A stretch of 18,954 nt of DNA from Tubiluchus corallicola (taxonomy: Eukaryota > Animalia > Priapulida), in assembly GCA_030141605.1 (NCBI GenBank), contig JAQGDQ010001974.1:1-18954 (forward strand). Reading direction: 5' to 3'. A model generated the notes under the pieces. The model worked only from the letters and a program-made list of their open reading frames with translations, was not told the origin of the DNA and searched no databases. Both the position numbers and the translations under genes were made by a program. Every line of letters starts with the position of its first letter. The stretch's first letter is position 1. Shown here piece by piece: positions 9,526 to 18,954 of this stretch.

Positions 9526-9894
9526 AAATTTGCCAAAATTAAATAATGTCGCAAATAAAACATGTGCAAGGAAACTGTCGCTAAGTTAATTATGCTGGTA
9601 GTAATCAGAAGACTAGAGCAGTCGACTTCGGTATTTTACCAGAAACATTGTCTGTAAAATTATTGAACTGTAATTCTAATCTTGCCACCTGTATTGATAA
9701 CCAGAGATAGTCCTAACTATCTCCCCGTGGCCACAGCCATAAGTATTTTACACAGTAATGAATCTATTTACCACTACACGCCATTGCTTTGACAAATTAC
9801 AAATTTCAGAATTTATTACAAAATTGGTATATAAGAATGCGCAATATATGGATATAATGCGAAGGAATGGAAAACACAATAATTCAGATTTTAC

Positions 9895-10209
9895 CTAAAA
9901 CTGTTAATAAAGCTTGATTGGATGAAATCTCCACTGACTCCTCCAAAGAATCCCATGTGACATTGCACTGCCATCTTCCTTCATCTTTCTCTAATGTTAC
10001 ACTAGAGATAGTTAAGCTAAAATCAAGTTCCGAATGATCAGGATCCACCCAATGATAATTGATTCCATCAATTTCTACTTCTTCTAAATCTTTGCTCCAA
10101 ATCACAGTCAGCTCTTCACTAGAAGGAGTGCCATGTACTTTGCAATTCATTGTTACTTCAACCAGTTCAACTACTACAGCATCACTAGGATGTATCTCAA
10201 TTCCAAGTT
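9895..10209 (-). CDS. Exon B2, duplicate of B1, 315 nt, phase 1-1
   Basis: CTTTCAG|AA...TTA G|GTAAAA; 6 nt differences from B1 seen (A>V, D>N, P>Q and 3 synonymous). Confidence 0.92.
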
Positions 10210-11275
10210 CTGAAAGTGTCATAAAACCGCTTTTTATATGCAAAGTCACAAAAGCATGAAAATTGCTAATATAAACGTTTTACCTTCCGTTAATACAAAC
10301 TTGGAGGATCATAAAACTTTCAGTTCGCATAATAGGCACAGAATAGGAATTTCTGATTAAATATGAATTTTGGGAAAATGAATGAATAATGATAATATAA
10401 CATGAAGATACGCAGTTAACAAGTTGTTATTTTACATAATTTTAAGCATAAATTTGCAGAAATGTTGTAGAAAATTTAAAAAATATAAGCATCAGAACAA
10501 AATAGATTCCAGACGAAAGAGCAATGATCACAAACCAAACGTATCTATGTGGATATAACTCGTGAGCAATTTTTGTTTCAAGGTCTAAAATGCATTATTT
10601 TATGAATTCAGAGAAATCGTATAAATAAAAAGATGAACTAGAACATTTAACAAAAATTTCTTCCCAGTGATATTTAAGAGGTTCTCTGGTTCTGCATTCT
10701 TCATATGAGGAAACAAGCATATTTTCGAGCCAGTTTTCACGAAGAACAAATTTATATGAAAACTGAGAATAATATGACGCCAGTCTGTAATTAATAGATT
10801 GTTGTGCAAAGCGTAGATACTTCCTGCAAAGCGGTCCCTGCAAAGCACAAGCATTTCAAAAAGGACCAACATGTTTATTGGCAAATTTGTCAAATCAAAA
10901 AATTAAGTTACATGGATAAATTAAATTTATAACTTGAAACTATTGTAATTGAGCGTTAAACAATTAATTAATGCTCGCCTAAGTACATGGGGCTATTCTA
11001 AAATCATAATATAGAAAACGACAAAACGGTGAAGAAACGACAATAGTTGACTACTCGAAGGCATGAAGTCTTACGTGTTACTAGATAAATAATAATTTGC
11101 GTTTAGTTTTTTACGTTACTGCAATCACATAACCCTCTGCTATGCTGGTCTGATGAAAACATGCTATAGAGAAACTAACAATTCTTATCAACTTGTTTTA
11201 TTTGGCGTGAAAAGCAGCTACTTTTGTCTTCATTTTATAAACAGCATTTTGAAGCATTCCCATAACTCTACTTAC

Positions 11276-11587
11276 CTGACACAGTAATTGATGCTACGTT
11301 AGACTGCAGCACCTTGTCATCAAAGTACATAAATTCACATCTCCATGAACCAGCATCACCAGCTTCAACACCAGATATGGCAAGACTGTAGTTAAAACCA
11401 GTATGTTCAGAATCGAGAAACGAATATCTCTCTTCCACTTTGATATTTACTTCTTCTTCATCCTTCAACCATGTAGCATTCTGTATTTCTGCTAGTTCGC
11501 TGTTCTGTTTCAACACACAGTCTATAACTGCGTTAGTGCCCAGGATAAATTCGTCGTCTACTGGCTCCTTCTCAAATTCAAAAGCAT
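11276..11587 (-). CDS. Exon A2, duplicate of A1, 312 nt, phase 1-1
   Basis: Same splice sites as A1; 2 nt differences seen (A>G replacement in ISAVE/ISGVE and one synonymous Ser change). Confidence 0.92.
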
Positions 11588-12839
11588 CTAAAAATTAAAG
11601 CCCAATAATTGAAGGTTTAATCAGATAAAATTATTTTTTAAATCAGGGAAAGATTGAATATTTCAAAACACGTTTTAAGCAAATAGTAGCACTTAAAGCT
11701 CCATAGATCATTTAAAAAATAAACACGTTTTATTCCCAAAAAATGTATCAGAACGACATGGTCAGTGAAAAGGACTTGTTTGAAAACAAAATTTTGTTAA
11801 ATTAACAATATTACGTCGCCAAAATTTGCAAAACTTACATTTTCATCAGCTTGTCCAGCCTTCATTTAGGCTTATTAATTTTTTATTAAACAAAACTTGA
11901 ATTTAAAATAAAATGACTCATCATTAGCAAACTAAATGAGCAAAACTGGAATGAAGATTGCTGTTAATTTTGACATTTACCCATGGAAACACAATCATTT
12001 TTTTATTGCATTCTTGTACAAGAAAATATACAGTAAAAACAGAGCAACATTATTTTTACATTGTTAATAAGATATATGGAAATTAGCCTTAATTTTTTTA
12101 TTTAATTTTTTAATTCTTAATACACAGTATGCCACCGCCAGCTTAATAAGTTCTTATTCGTTCAGGCAAGTAAGCACTTTGCAAAACGCTTTATTAAATT
12201 CTATGTAGTATGTAAAAATAGAAGTAAGTCGACAATTAACTTTATAGCCAAACATACTTTATATGATGCGAACTCAATAATGGGCCTCAGCTTGTATAAA
12301 ATTGTTATAGAAACCCTAGAAGATGTATTTAGAAATTCTCATGTATTGTCTCGTAAAATTTTAAAAGGATGCCAGTTAAGTTCCAGTCAGCTAGGGACAT
12401 TAAACTTACCAAAGGATTGTATAAATTGTAAATTGTATTGAAAACAGAAATTTTAATTTTTTATGAAAGTATCAATTGAGAGAAATGTTAGAGCATGCGA
12501 AGTCTTTTTAACATAATTGCTTTGCCTTCTTGTATGTAAATAATATCCGTGATTGTTTTTTCTTGTTGTTGGTGTTGTTGTTGTTGTTGTTGTTGTCAGT
12601 GTTTAATATTTATTTTTACTTTTGCTACTAGTCTATTAATTTAATTTAATTCAATCCCTTATGTATCTTAACTGTACATGTGTGCTCGAAAATTAATGAT
12701 GGTAATTATAAGTACTTACTTTTCCAATAGTTATAACATCTCCTAAATCATAATATGAATCAGAATTAGTATTATTAGATTCTGTAAACAGCAGGTTGAC
12801 TTCATAGTACAAATCGAATGTAGCAAAAGCACAACGTAC

Positions 12840-13034
12840 CCACAACATCTACAGTGACGATAAGTGATATGTCAAGGTCGGGTATTCCTTCAACATCGGC
12901 TGCACACGCCAGCGATCTTTCTTCATCATCAGTAGTAAAGGTATAAATGAAACTGCTGGTTGTATCATAAGTGTCATATCTCGTGGTACTATTAGTTACA
13001 TGATCTACAGCGTTTTCGGTTACATCGTCTTCAT
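12840..13034 (-). CDS. Exon D1, C-terminal half of the C2-set Ig domain, 195 nt, phase 1-1
   Basis: TTTCTCCTGTAG|AT GAA GAC...GTG G|GTACGT; DEDDVTENAVDHVTNSTTRYDTYDTTSSFIYTFTTDDEERSLACAADVEGIPDLDISLIVTVDVV. Confidence 0.88.
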
Positions 13035-13091
13035 CTACAGGAGAAATTCTAAATTAAAAGCTGTAAAACAAGCGCTGTGTTTTGTTTAGTA

Positions 13092-13702
13092 AATAATAAT
13101 AATAATAATAATAATAAACGCTTTATTTCACAAACATAAATACAAGAACAATTGACGAATTACACATCTAAATAAACAATGCATACAGGAACACGTCCCT
13201 ACAAATACAGGACTCTTAAAAAATACCATAATTTATAACAAACACATCTACATATATATCACAGTACTGGTTGAATACATTAATTCTTAGCAAAATTAAC
13301 TCGTACCTCTTAATTTAGAATCACGTTTTGTTGAAATTTTATGCACATAGTTAATCAACAATTTCTTAACTTCCATACATCCACTTTTTGTTTATAAATA
13401 TTTAAATATATCAATATCATACATGGATGGGAATTCTGGAAAGATATCTGATATTTATTTAAGAATGCTGTCCTTTTTCTTGACAATAAACATTGCATTG
13501 CATACTAAAGTGAAATTCATCTTCCGTGCCCCCATTCTTACATAGAGTACATTTTGTCATACCAACAGGTGTTTTAGGTTTGATATATCGATCAGCTACA
13601 ATTTATAATCTATACGCGCTAACACGGAGTTTTGTGCAGGTTTCTTTAAGTGCTCCAGGAACACCAGTAATCAAAAGATGATCTTCGAGTTTATACTCAG
13701 AT
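13092..13702 (-). mobile_element. Decayed LINE 3' end, unit 1 copy of 8118-8718
   Basis: Colinear with 8118-8718, including the sequence encoding EDEFHF (gtgaaattcatcttc) and the (AAT)n tail. Confidence 0.75.
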
Positions 13703-13704
13703 TA

Positions 13705-14185
13705 GCAATAACACAAGAGGCAAACGGAAGTACGGAATAGTTGATACTGGAGAAGAAAAGCATAATACAGCGTGATACGTAACGTTTGTTAGGGGGTACA
13801 AAACAACGTGTAATAACACAGAACTTTTGCTTTTTCTGGAACTATGGAACTCTTTACCACTAGAAGTGACCGACGCCAATAGTATCAAGTCACGATTTAA
13901 AAATGCTTATCAGAAACACTGTAGCCTATAAACTAGTATAGACATGTTTTCCCTTTTATCTCTTACTATACATGTTTTACCAAAGTGTACTGTGTATAAA
14001 GTGTATATTTTGTTTTGTCCATTCTGTATAAATTGTGATATTTGAATTGTTCTTAAACGGTGTAATTGCGTAATTTAGCTAAATCAGATTTTATGTTTCA
14101 GTATTTTAATGATTGCAGCTCTCAATATTTCTGTAATGTTTTTTGCCTTTATTTTATATTATGGACCACTTCGGAAATAACTGAT
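13705..14185 (+). mobile_element. CR1/L2-type LINE 3' end fragment
   Basis: NNTRG... and LWNSLPLEVTDANSIKSRFKNA (from 13842), followed by a T-rich UTR-like tract. Boundaries approximate. Confidence 0.6.
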
Positions 14186-14329
14186 AATTTTAACATTATA
14201 ATATAATATAATTATATATTATAATTATATTACAATGAATTATAATATAAAGAAGACACAACGATTTATTACATTAGAATGTATTGTCAATATTATAGCG
14301 AATCTAACATGCTCTCAAAATTTGGTGTG

Positions 14330-15210
14330 GAAACCTGGTACAGTGAGAGTATGATAGGAATACTGACTTCAAGAACTCAAGATCCTCCAACGTGTCGCAT
14401 GAACTAGTTTATCTGTTGAATACTGTTCAAAAGTATGTTTAATATCACCTTAGCATCAACTCTGTCCTTCAGGATAGTTTCAGTGTGTTGACGAGGTTGA
14501 GGTCCTGTGAATGTCCAAGCCAATCAAATCAATCGAAAATATCAAAGATGAAATAGATGACATCAAAAACAAAATAGAAGCAAAATTAGAAGAAATGGAT
14601 CTCGTACTAAATAAAGATAAACAGAAGAATATCACATTTTTAAGAAATGGAGATGATGTGTAGAGAAAATGCAAATACTTAGGCAGTCGTCTAGCAACAG
14701 ATGAAGATATATTAAGAAGAAATATCTTAGCACTAGCTGCATATTCCAAATTAAGAACAATTTTGAAAGTAAGAGGATCAGACTTGAAACAAAATTAAGA
14801 ATCTTTGCTGCACTTGTGGAAACTGTGTTTCCGTACAACTCAGAATTATGGACAATCAAAGCACAACACAAATAAGAAGCTATAGAAATGTTCTAGGAAT
14901 AAAATAGCCAAAGAAAATGTCAAACCAGGATCTATATATTAAAGTCAAGGCAGCGGAATGGACAATTACAATCAAAAAGAGAAGATTAAGATGGTCAGGA
15001 CATGTTGTACGATGTTGAGATGACAGACCATTAAAATTAGCCTTCAAAGAAGCACTGCAGAAAGAAAGGGAACCACAAGGAGGACAGCTGCTGATTTACA
15101 TTAATTTCATCCAAAAAGATTGTATTAACACACCATTAGATATCAAAAATACATGGAGGGTTGCGGGTGACAGAGCAGCGGGGTCTGAAGTGATTGCAAG
15201 GGTCATGGCA
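14330..15210 (+). mobile_element. Decayed RTE-clade LINE ORF2 C-terminal fragment
   Basis: KCKYLGSRLATDEDILRRNILALAAYSKLRTIFESKRIRLETKLRIFAALVETVFPYNSELWT ... IKKRRLRWSGHVVR..DDRPLKLA, with in-frame stops. Left boundary approximate. Confidence 0.82.
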
Positions 15211-15313
15211 TAATGGCCGTATACGCCTTACATATATGAAAGTAGTAGAAAAATATAGTAACATTTACTAACAAGTAAATTTATTAAAGAATTTTAAACG
15301 AAATCGTTAATAC

Positions 15314-15445
15314 CTAATGTCCACATCACAGTAGTTGCAGGTTTGCTAGCTGTTGCATTACACAATACCTCTGTTTCAATGCCATTAAAAACCACGAGTC
15401 TATTCTCAACGAAGTTACCATCCATCACAAACTCTGCTGGAGGTA
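15314..15445 (-). CDS. Exon C1, N-terminal half of a C2-set (nephrin/CD80-like) Ig domain, 132 nt, phase 1-1
   Basis: TTTTTCAG|TA CCT CCA...TTA G|GTATTA; VPPAEFVMDGNFVENRLVVFNGIETEVLCNATASKPATTVMWTL. Not in the ORF track (too short). Confidence 0.88.
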
Positions 15446-15539
15446 CTGAAAAATGTATGATACACGTTTAATACTTTCCCTCAGTACGATACATTATACT
15501 ATACGATAATATTAAAATTAAAAAATGTTAGCATGCTTT

Positions 15540-16158
15540 AAAGGAAGACAGACAGACCCATTTTCAAATACGGTAAAAACACCAAACATCATTTTAACAT
15601 ACTGGAATAATACTGGAAAAGCGTTTCTGATAATTAAATTATACATTTAAAACTTAATTAGCGGCAGGCAAGCCCAACTATTGATGACATCACAACTTAA
15701 CACAATCTTCGAGGGCAAAAATATTCCACGAGCTTGTTGCAAACGTTTGAGATAGCAAAAATTGAAGTATAGTGCTACTGTAAGCTATTCAGTGTGTTGC
15801 ACTAAAACTCGGCAAGCTTTAATAAAAAAATTCAACTTTCAAATTTACCACTGTGCTTACGCATAAGCTGTCAAACGTGTGTAGTTCGCCACAAATTAAC
15901 ACATCTGAACTGAGACGTACAGCACCTGTTTTTTGTACAATACGTTTCAGAAATGCAGGCGCTAGTGCCCGTCTAACTAGCGATTGGCTAAATGCAGGTA
16001 ACAGCAAAGAACTAGTGGTGCGAACGTGAAATTGCGTTTGTGTAGTAACAATTCTTTCTCGTAAGTCATTCTTTAAAAGGTAGTATGCTTCCATTCCATA
16101 TTTTAAAGAGTAGATTGTTTTGACCTACAGTTTAAGATTGGTTCCTGTTTTAACTTAA
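15540..16158. mobile_element. Longer member of the TTAA-MITE family in the B1-C1 intron (left end uncertain)
   Basis: 15928-16158 aligns with 5641-5866; 16106-16125 is the reverse complement of the extended left TIR at about 5620-5640; TTAAAGG at about 15538 is a candidate left end. Confidence 0.55.
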
Positions 16159-16564
16159 ATTTGCCAAAATTAAATAATACCCCAAACAAAACGTGTGCAA
16201 GGAAACTGTCGCTAAATTAATTATTATGGTAGTAATCAGAAGACAATAATACTAGAAGAGTTGACTTCGGCATTATCCCAGAAACAATTATCTGTAAAAT
16301 TATTGAACTGTATCTTAATCTTGCCACCTGTATTGATACTAGTACTCACATAATGCCTTGCTTGACGGGATTGAAAACCAGAGATAGCCGTAACTATTTT
16401 CCGGAGACCACGGCCATAAGTATTTTGCACAATAATGAATCTATTTACCATTACGCCCCATTACTTTGACAAATTGCAGAATTTATTACAAAATTGGTAT
16501 ATAAGAATGCACAATATATGGACGTAATGCGAAGGAAACGAAAACACAATAATTCAGTATATAC

Positions 16565-16879
16565 CTAAAACTGTTAATAAAGCTGGATCGGATGAAATCT
16601 CCACTGACTCCTCCAAAGAATCCCATGTGACATTGCACTGCCATCTTCCTTCATCTTTCTCTAATGTTGCACTAGAGATAGTTAAACTAAAATCAAGTTC
16701 CGAATGATCAGGATCCACCCAATGATAATTGATTCCATCAATTTCTACTTCTTCTAAATCTTTACTCCAAATCACAGTCAGCTCTTCACTAGAAGGAGTG
16801 CCATGTACTTTGCAATTCATTGTTACTTCAACCAGTTCAACTACTACAGCATCACTAGGATGTATTTCAATTCCAAGTT
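16565..16879 (-). CDS. Exon B1, complete Ig (I-set-like) domain, 315 nt, phase 1-1
   Basis: CTTTCAG|AA CTT GGA...TTA G|GTATAT; ELGIEIHPSDAVVVELVEVTMNCKVHG...VIWSKD...FSLTISSATLEKDEGRWQCNVTW...SDPALLTVL. Confidence 0.92.
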
Positions 16880-18060
16880 CTGAAAGTGTCATAAAACCGC
16901 TTTTTATATGCAAAGTCACAAAAGCATGAAAACTGCTAATATAAACGTTTTACCTTCCATTAATACAAACTTTTAGGATCATAAAACTTTCAGTTCGCAT
17001 GATAGGCACAGATTAGGAATTTCTGATTAAATGTGAATTTTGGGAAAATGAATGAATAATGATAATATAACATGAAGATGCGCAGTTAACAAGTTGTTAC
17101 TTTTACATAATTTTAAGCATAAATTTGCAGAAATGTTGTAGAAAATTTTAAAAATATAAGCATCAGAACAAAATAGATTCCAGACGAAAGAGCAATGATC
17201 ACAAATCAAACGTATCTATGTGGATATAAATCGTGAGGAATTTTTGTTTCAAGGTCTAAAATGCATTATTTTATGAATTCAGAGAAATCCATATAAATAA
17301 AATGATGAACTAGAACATTTAACAAAAATTTCTTCCCAGTGATATTTAAGAGGCTCTCTGATTCTGCATTATTCATATGAGGAAACAAGCATATTTTCGA
17401 GCCAGTTTTCACGAAGAACAAATTTTTATGAAAACTGAGAATAATATGACGTAAGTCTGTAATTAATAGATTGTTGTGGACCACTATATTATTTTACTCG
17501 TAAATTAGAAATAAAGACTGGGTAATGAATGTCTCTTTATAGTAAACTGTGCCGGAAGTTGAGAGTATTTTGGTGTATTATTTGGAAACTTATTCACATT
17601 CATACTTCCTGCAAAGAGGTCCCTGCATAGCCCAAGCATTTCAAAAAGAACCAACATGTTTATTGGCAAATATGTCAAATCAAAAAATTAAGTTACATTT
17701 ATAAATTAAATTTATAACTTGAAACTATTGTAATTGAGCGTTAAACAATTAATTAAAGCTCGCCTAAGTACATGGGACTACTCTAAAACCATAGTATAGA
17801 AACCGACAAAACGGTGCAGAAACGACAATAGTTGACTACTCGAAGGCATGAAGTCTTACGTGTTACTAGATAAATAATAATTTGCGTTTAGTTTTTTACG
17901 TTACTGCAATCACATAACCCTCTGCTATGCTGTTCTGATGAAAACATGCTATAGAGAAACTAACAATTCTTATCAACTTGTTTTATTTGGCTTGAAAAGC
18001 AGCTACTTTTGTTTTCACTTTATAAACAGCATTCAGAAACGTTCCCATAACTCTACTTAC

Positions 18061-18372
18061 CTGACACAGTAATTGATGCTACGTTAGACTGCAGCACCTT
18101 GTCATCAAAGTACATAAATTCACATCTCCATGAACCAGCATCACCAGCTTCAACAGCAGATATGGCAAGACTGTAGTTAAAACCAGTATGTTCAGAATCG
18201 AGAAAAGAATATCTCTCTTCCACTTTGATATTTACTTCTTCTTCATCCTTCAACCATGTAGCATTCTGTATTTCTGCTAGTTCGCTGTTCTGTTTCAACA
18301 CACAGTCTATAACTGCGTTAGTGCCCAGGATAAATTCGTCGTCTACTGGCTCCTTCTCAAATTCAAAAGCAT
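18061..18372 (-). CDS. Exon A1, complete Ig (I-set-like) domain, 312 nt, phase 1-1
   Basis: ATTTTTAG|AT GCT TTT...TCA G|GTAAGT; DAFEFEKEPVDDEFILGTNAVIDCVLK...ATWLKDEEEV...YSLAISAVEAGDAGSWRCEF...SNVASITVS. Confidence 0.92.
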
Positions 18373-18445
18373 CTAAAAATTAAAGCCCAATAATTGAAGG
18401 TTTAATCAGATAAAACTATTTTTTTAAATCAGGGAAAGATTGAAT

Positions 18446-18954
18446 ATTTCAAAACACGTTTTAAGCAAATAGTAGCACTTAAAGCTCCATAGATCATTTA
18501 AAAAATAAACACATTTTATTCCCAAAAAATGTATCAGAACGACATGGTCAGTGAAAAGGACTTGTTTGAAAACAACATTTTGTTAAATTAACAATATTAC
18601 GTCGCCAAAATTTGCAAAACTTACATTTTCATCAGCTTGTCCAGCCTTCATTTAGGCTTATTAATTTTTTATTAAACAAAACTTGAATTTAAAATAAAAT
18701 GACTCATCATTAGCAAACTAAATGAGCAAAACTGGAGTGAAGATTGCTGTTAATTTTGACATTTACCCATGGAAACACAATCATTTTTTTTATTGCATTC
18801 TTGTACAAGAAAATATACAGTAAAAACAGAGCAACATTATTTTTACATTGTTAATAAGATATATGGAAATTAGCCTTAATTTTTTTATTTAATTTTTTAA
18901 TTCTTAATACACAGTATGCCACCGCCAGCTTAATAAGTTCTTATTCGTTCAGGC
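18446..18954. repeat. Start of a third repeat unit, truncated by the window edge
   Basis: Near-identical to 11660-12166 (the intron between exons D and A), implying another exon D beyond the window. Confidence 0.88.

Larger units (their letters stand above)
6171..11659. repeat. Tandem segmental repeat, unit 2 (about 5.5 kb; exons A2-D2 with introns)
   Basis: Colinear with 11660-18445; the anchor atttcaaa...ttttaagcaaatagta recurs at 6171, 11660 and 18446. Confidence 0.93.
549..18372 (-). other. Multi-exon Ig-superfamily gene (internal part; hemicentin/nephrin-like multi-Ig extracellular protein), 12 exons: A1,B1,C1,D1,A2,B2,C2,D2,E,F,G,H
   Basis: All 12 exons have AG/GT boundaries and compatible phases. 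The joined frame is 2583 nt without a stop and gives 8 Ig domains with B-strand Cys, C-strand Trp and F-strand Cys. No start codon, signal peptide or TM segment is seen in the window. Confidence 0.9.
11660..18445. repeat. Tandem segmental repeat, unit 1 (about 6.8 kb; exons A1-D1 with introns)
   Basis: Colinear with 6171-11659, differing by several large intronic indels. Confidence 0.93.

Noticed and set aside
10595-10893. Minus-strand ORFs 10595-10843, 10600-10893, 17027-17209 and 17266-17484
   Set aside because: They are intronic, their frames are not conserved between the two repeat units, and they have no domain signature.
14190-14250. AT-only quasi-palindromic tract
   Set aside because: Low-complexity sequence between two LINE fragments, expected in AT-rich DNA.
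13697-16451. ORFs 13697-13888, 14480-14749, 14632-14871, 15819-16094 and 16236-16451
   Set aside because: They are antisense to LINE fossils or lie in MITE or intron sequence, and are disrupted or absent in the other unit.
6171-18954. Whole duplication as a haplotype mis-assembly
   Set aside because: The intron upstream of exon A is homologous to the intron downstream of exon D2 and occurs three times, and D1 splices in frame to A2, so a true tandem structure is required. The exact copy number still needs long-read confirmation.

Overview
AT-rich eukaryotic genomic DNA, most likely from an invertebrate animal; it is not prokaryotic. The window lies entirely inside one minus-strand, multi-exon gene for a large, acidic immunoglobulin-superfamily protein. 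Twelve exons with canonical AG/GT ends splice into one open frame of 2583 nt (about 861 aa, 8 Ig domains), with start and stop outside the window. The upstream part of the gene is a tandem array of a 4-exon, 3-Ig-domain cassette (exons A-B-C-D, all phase 1-1). Two complete units (about 6.8 and 5.5 kb, about 99% identical in exons) and the edge of a third are visible. The introns hold decayed LINE fragments, MITEs, and 41-bp and 45-bp minisatellites. One repeat unit carries a ~450-bp insert with an intact orphan Polo-like kinase 4 (PLK4)-like exon on the opposite strand, flanked by a ~59-bp direct duplication. All alignments and counts were done by eye.
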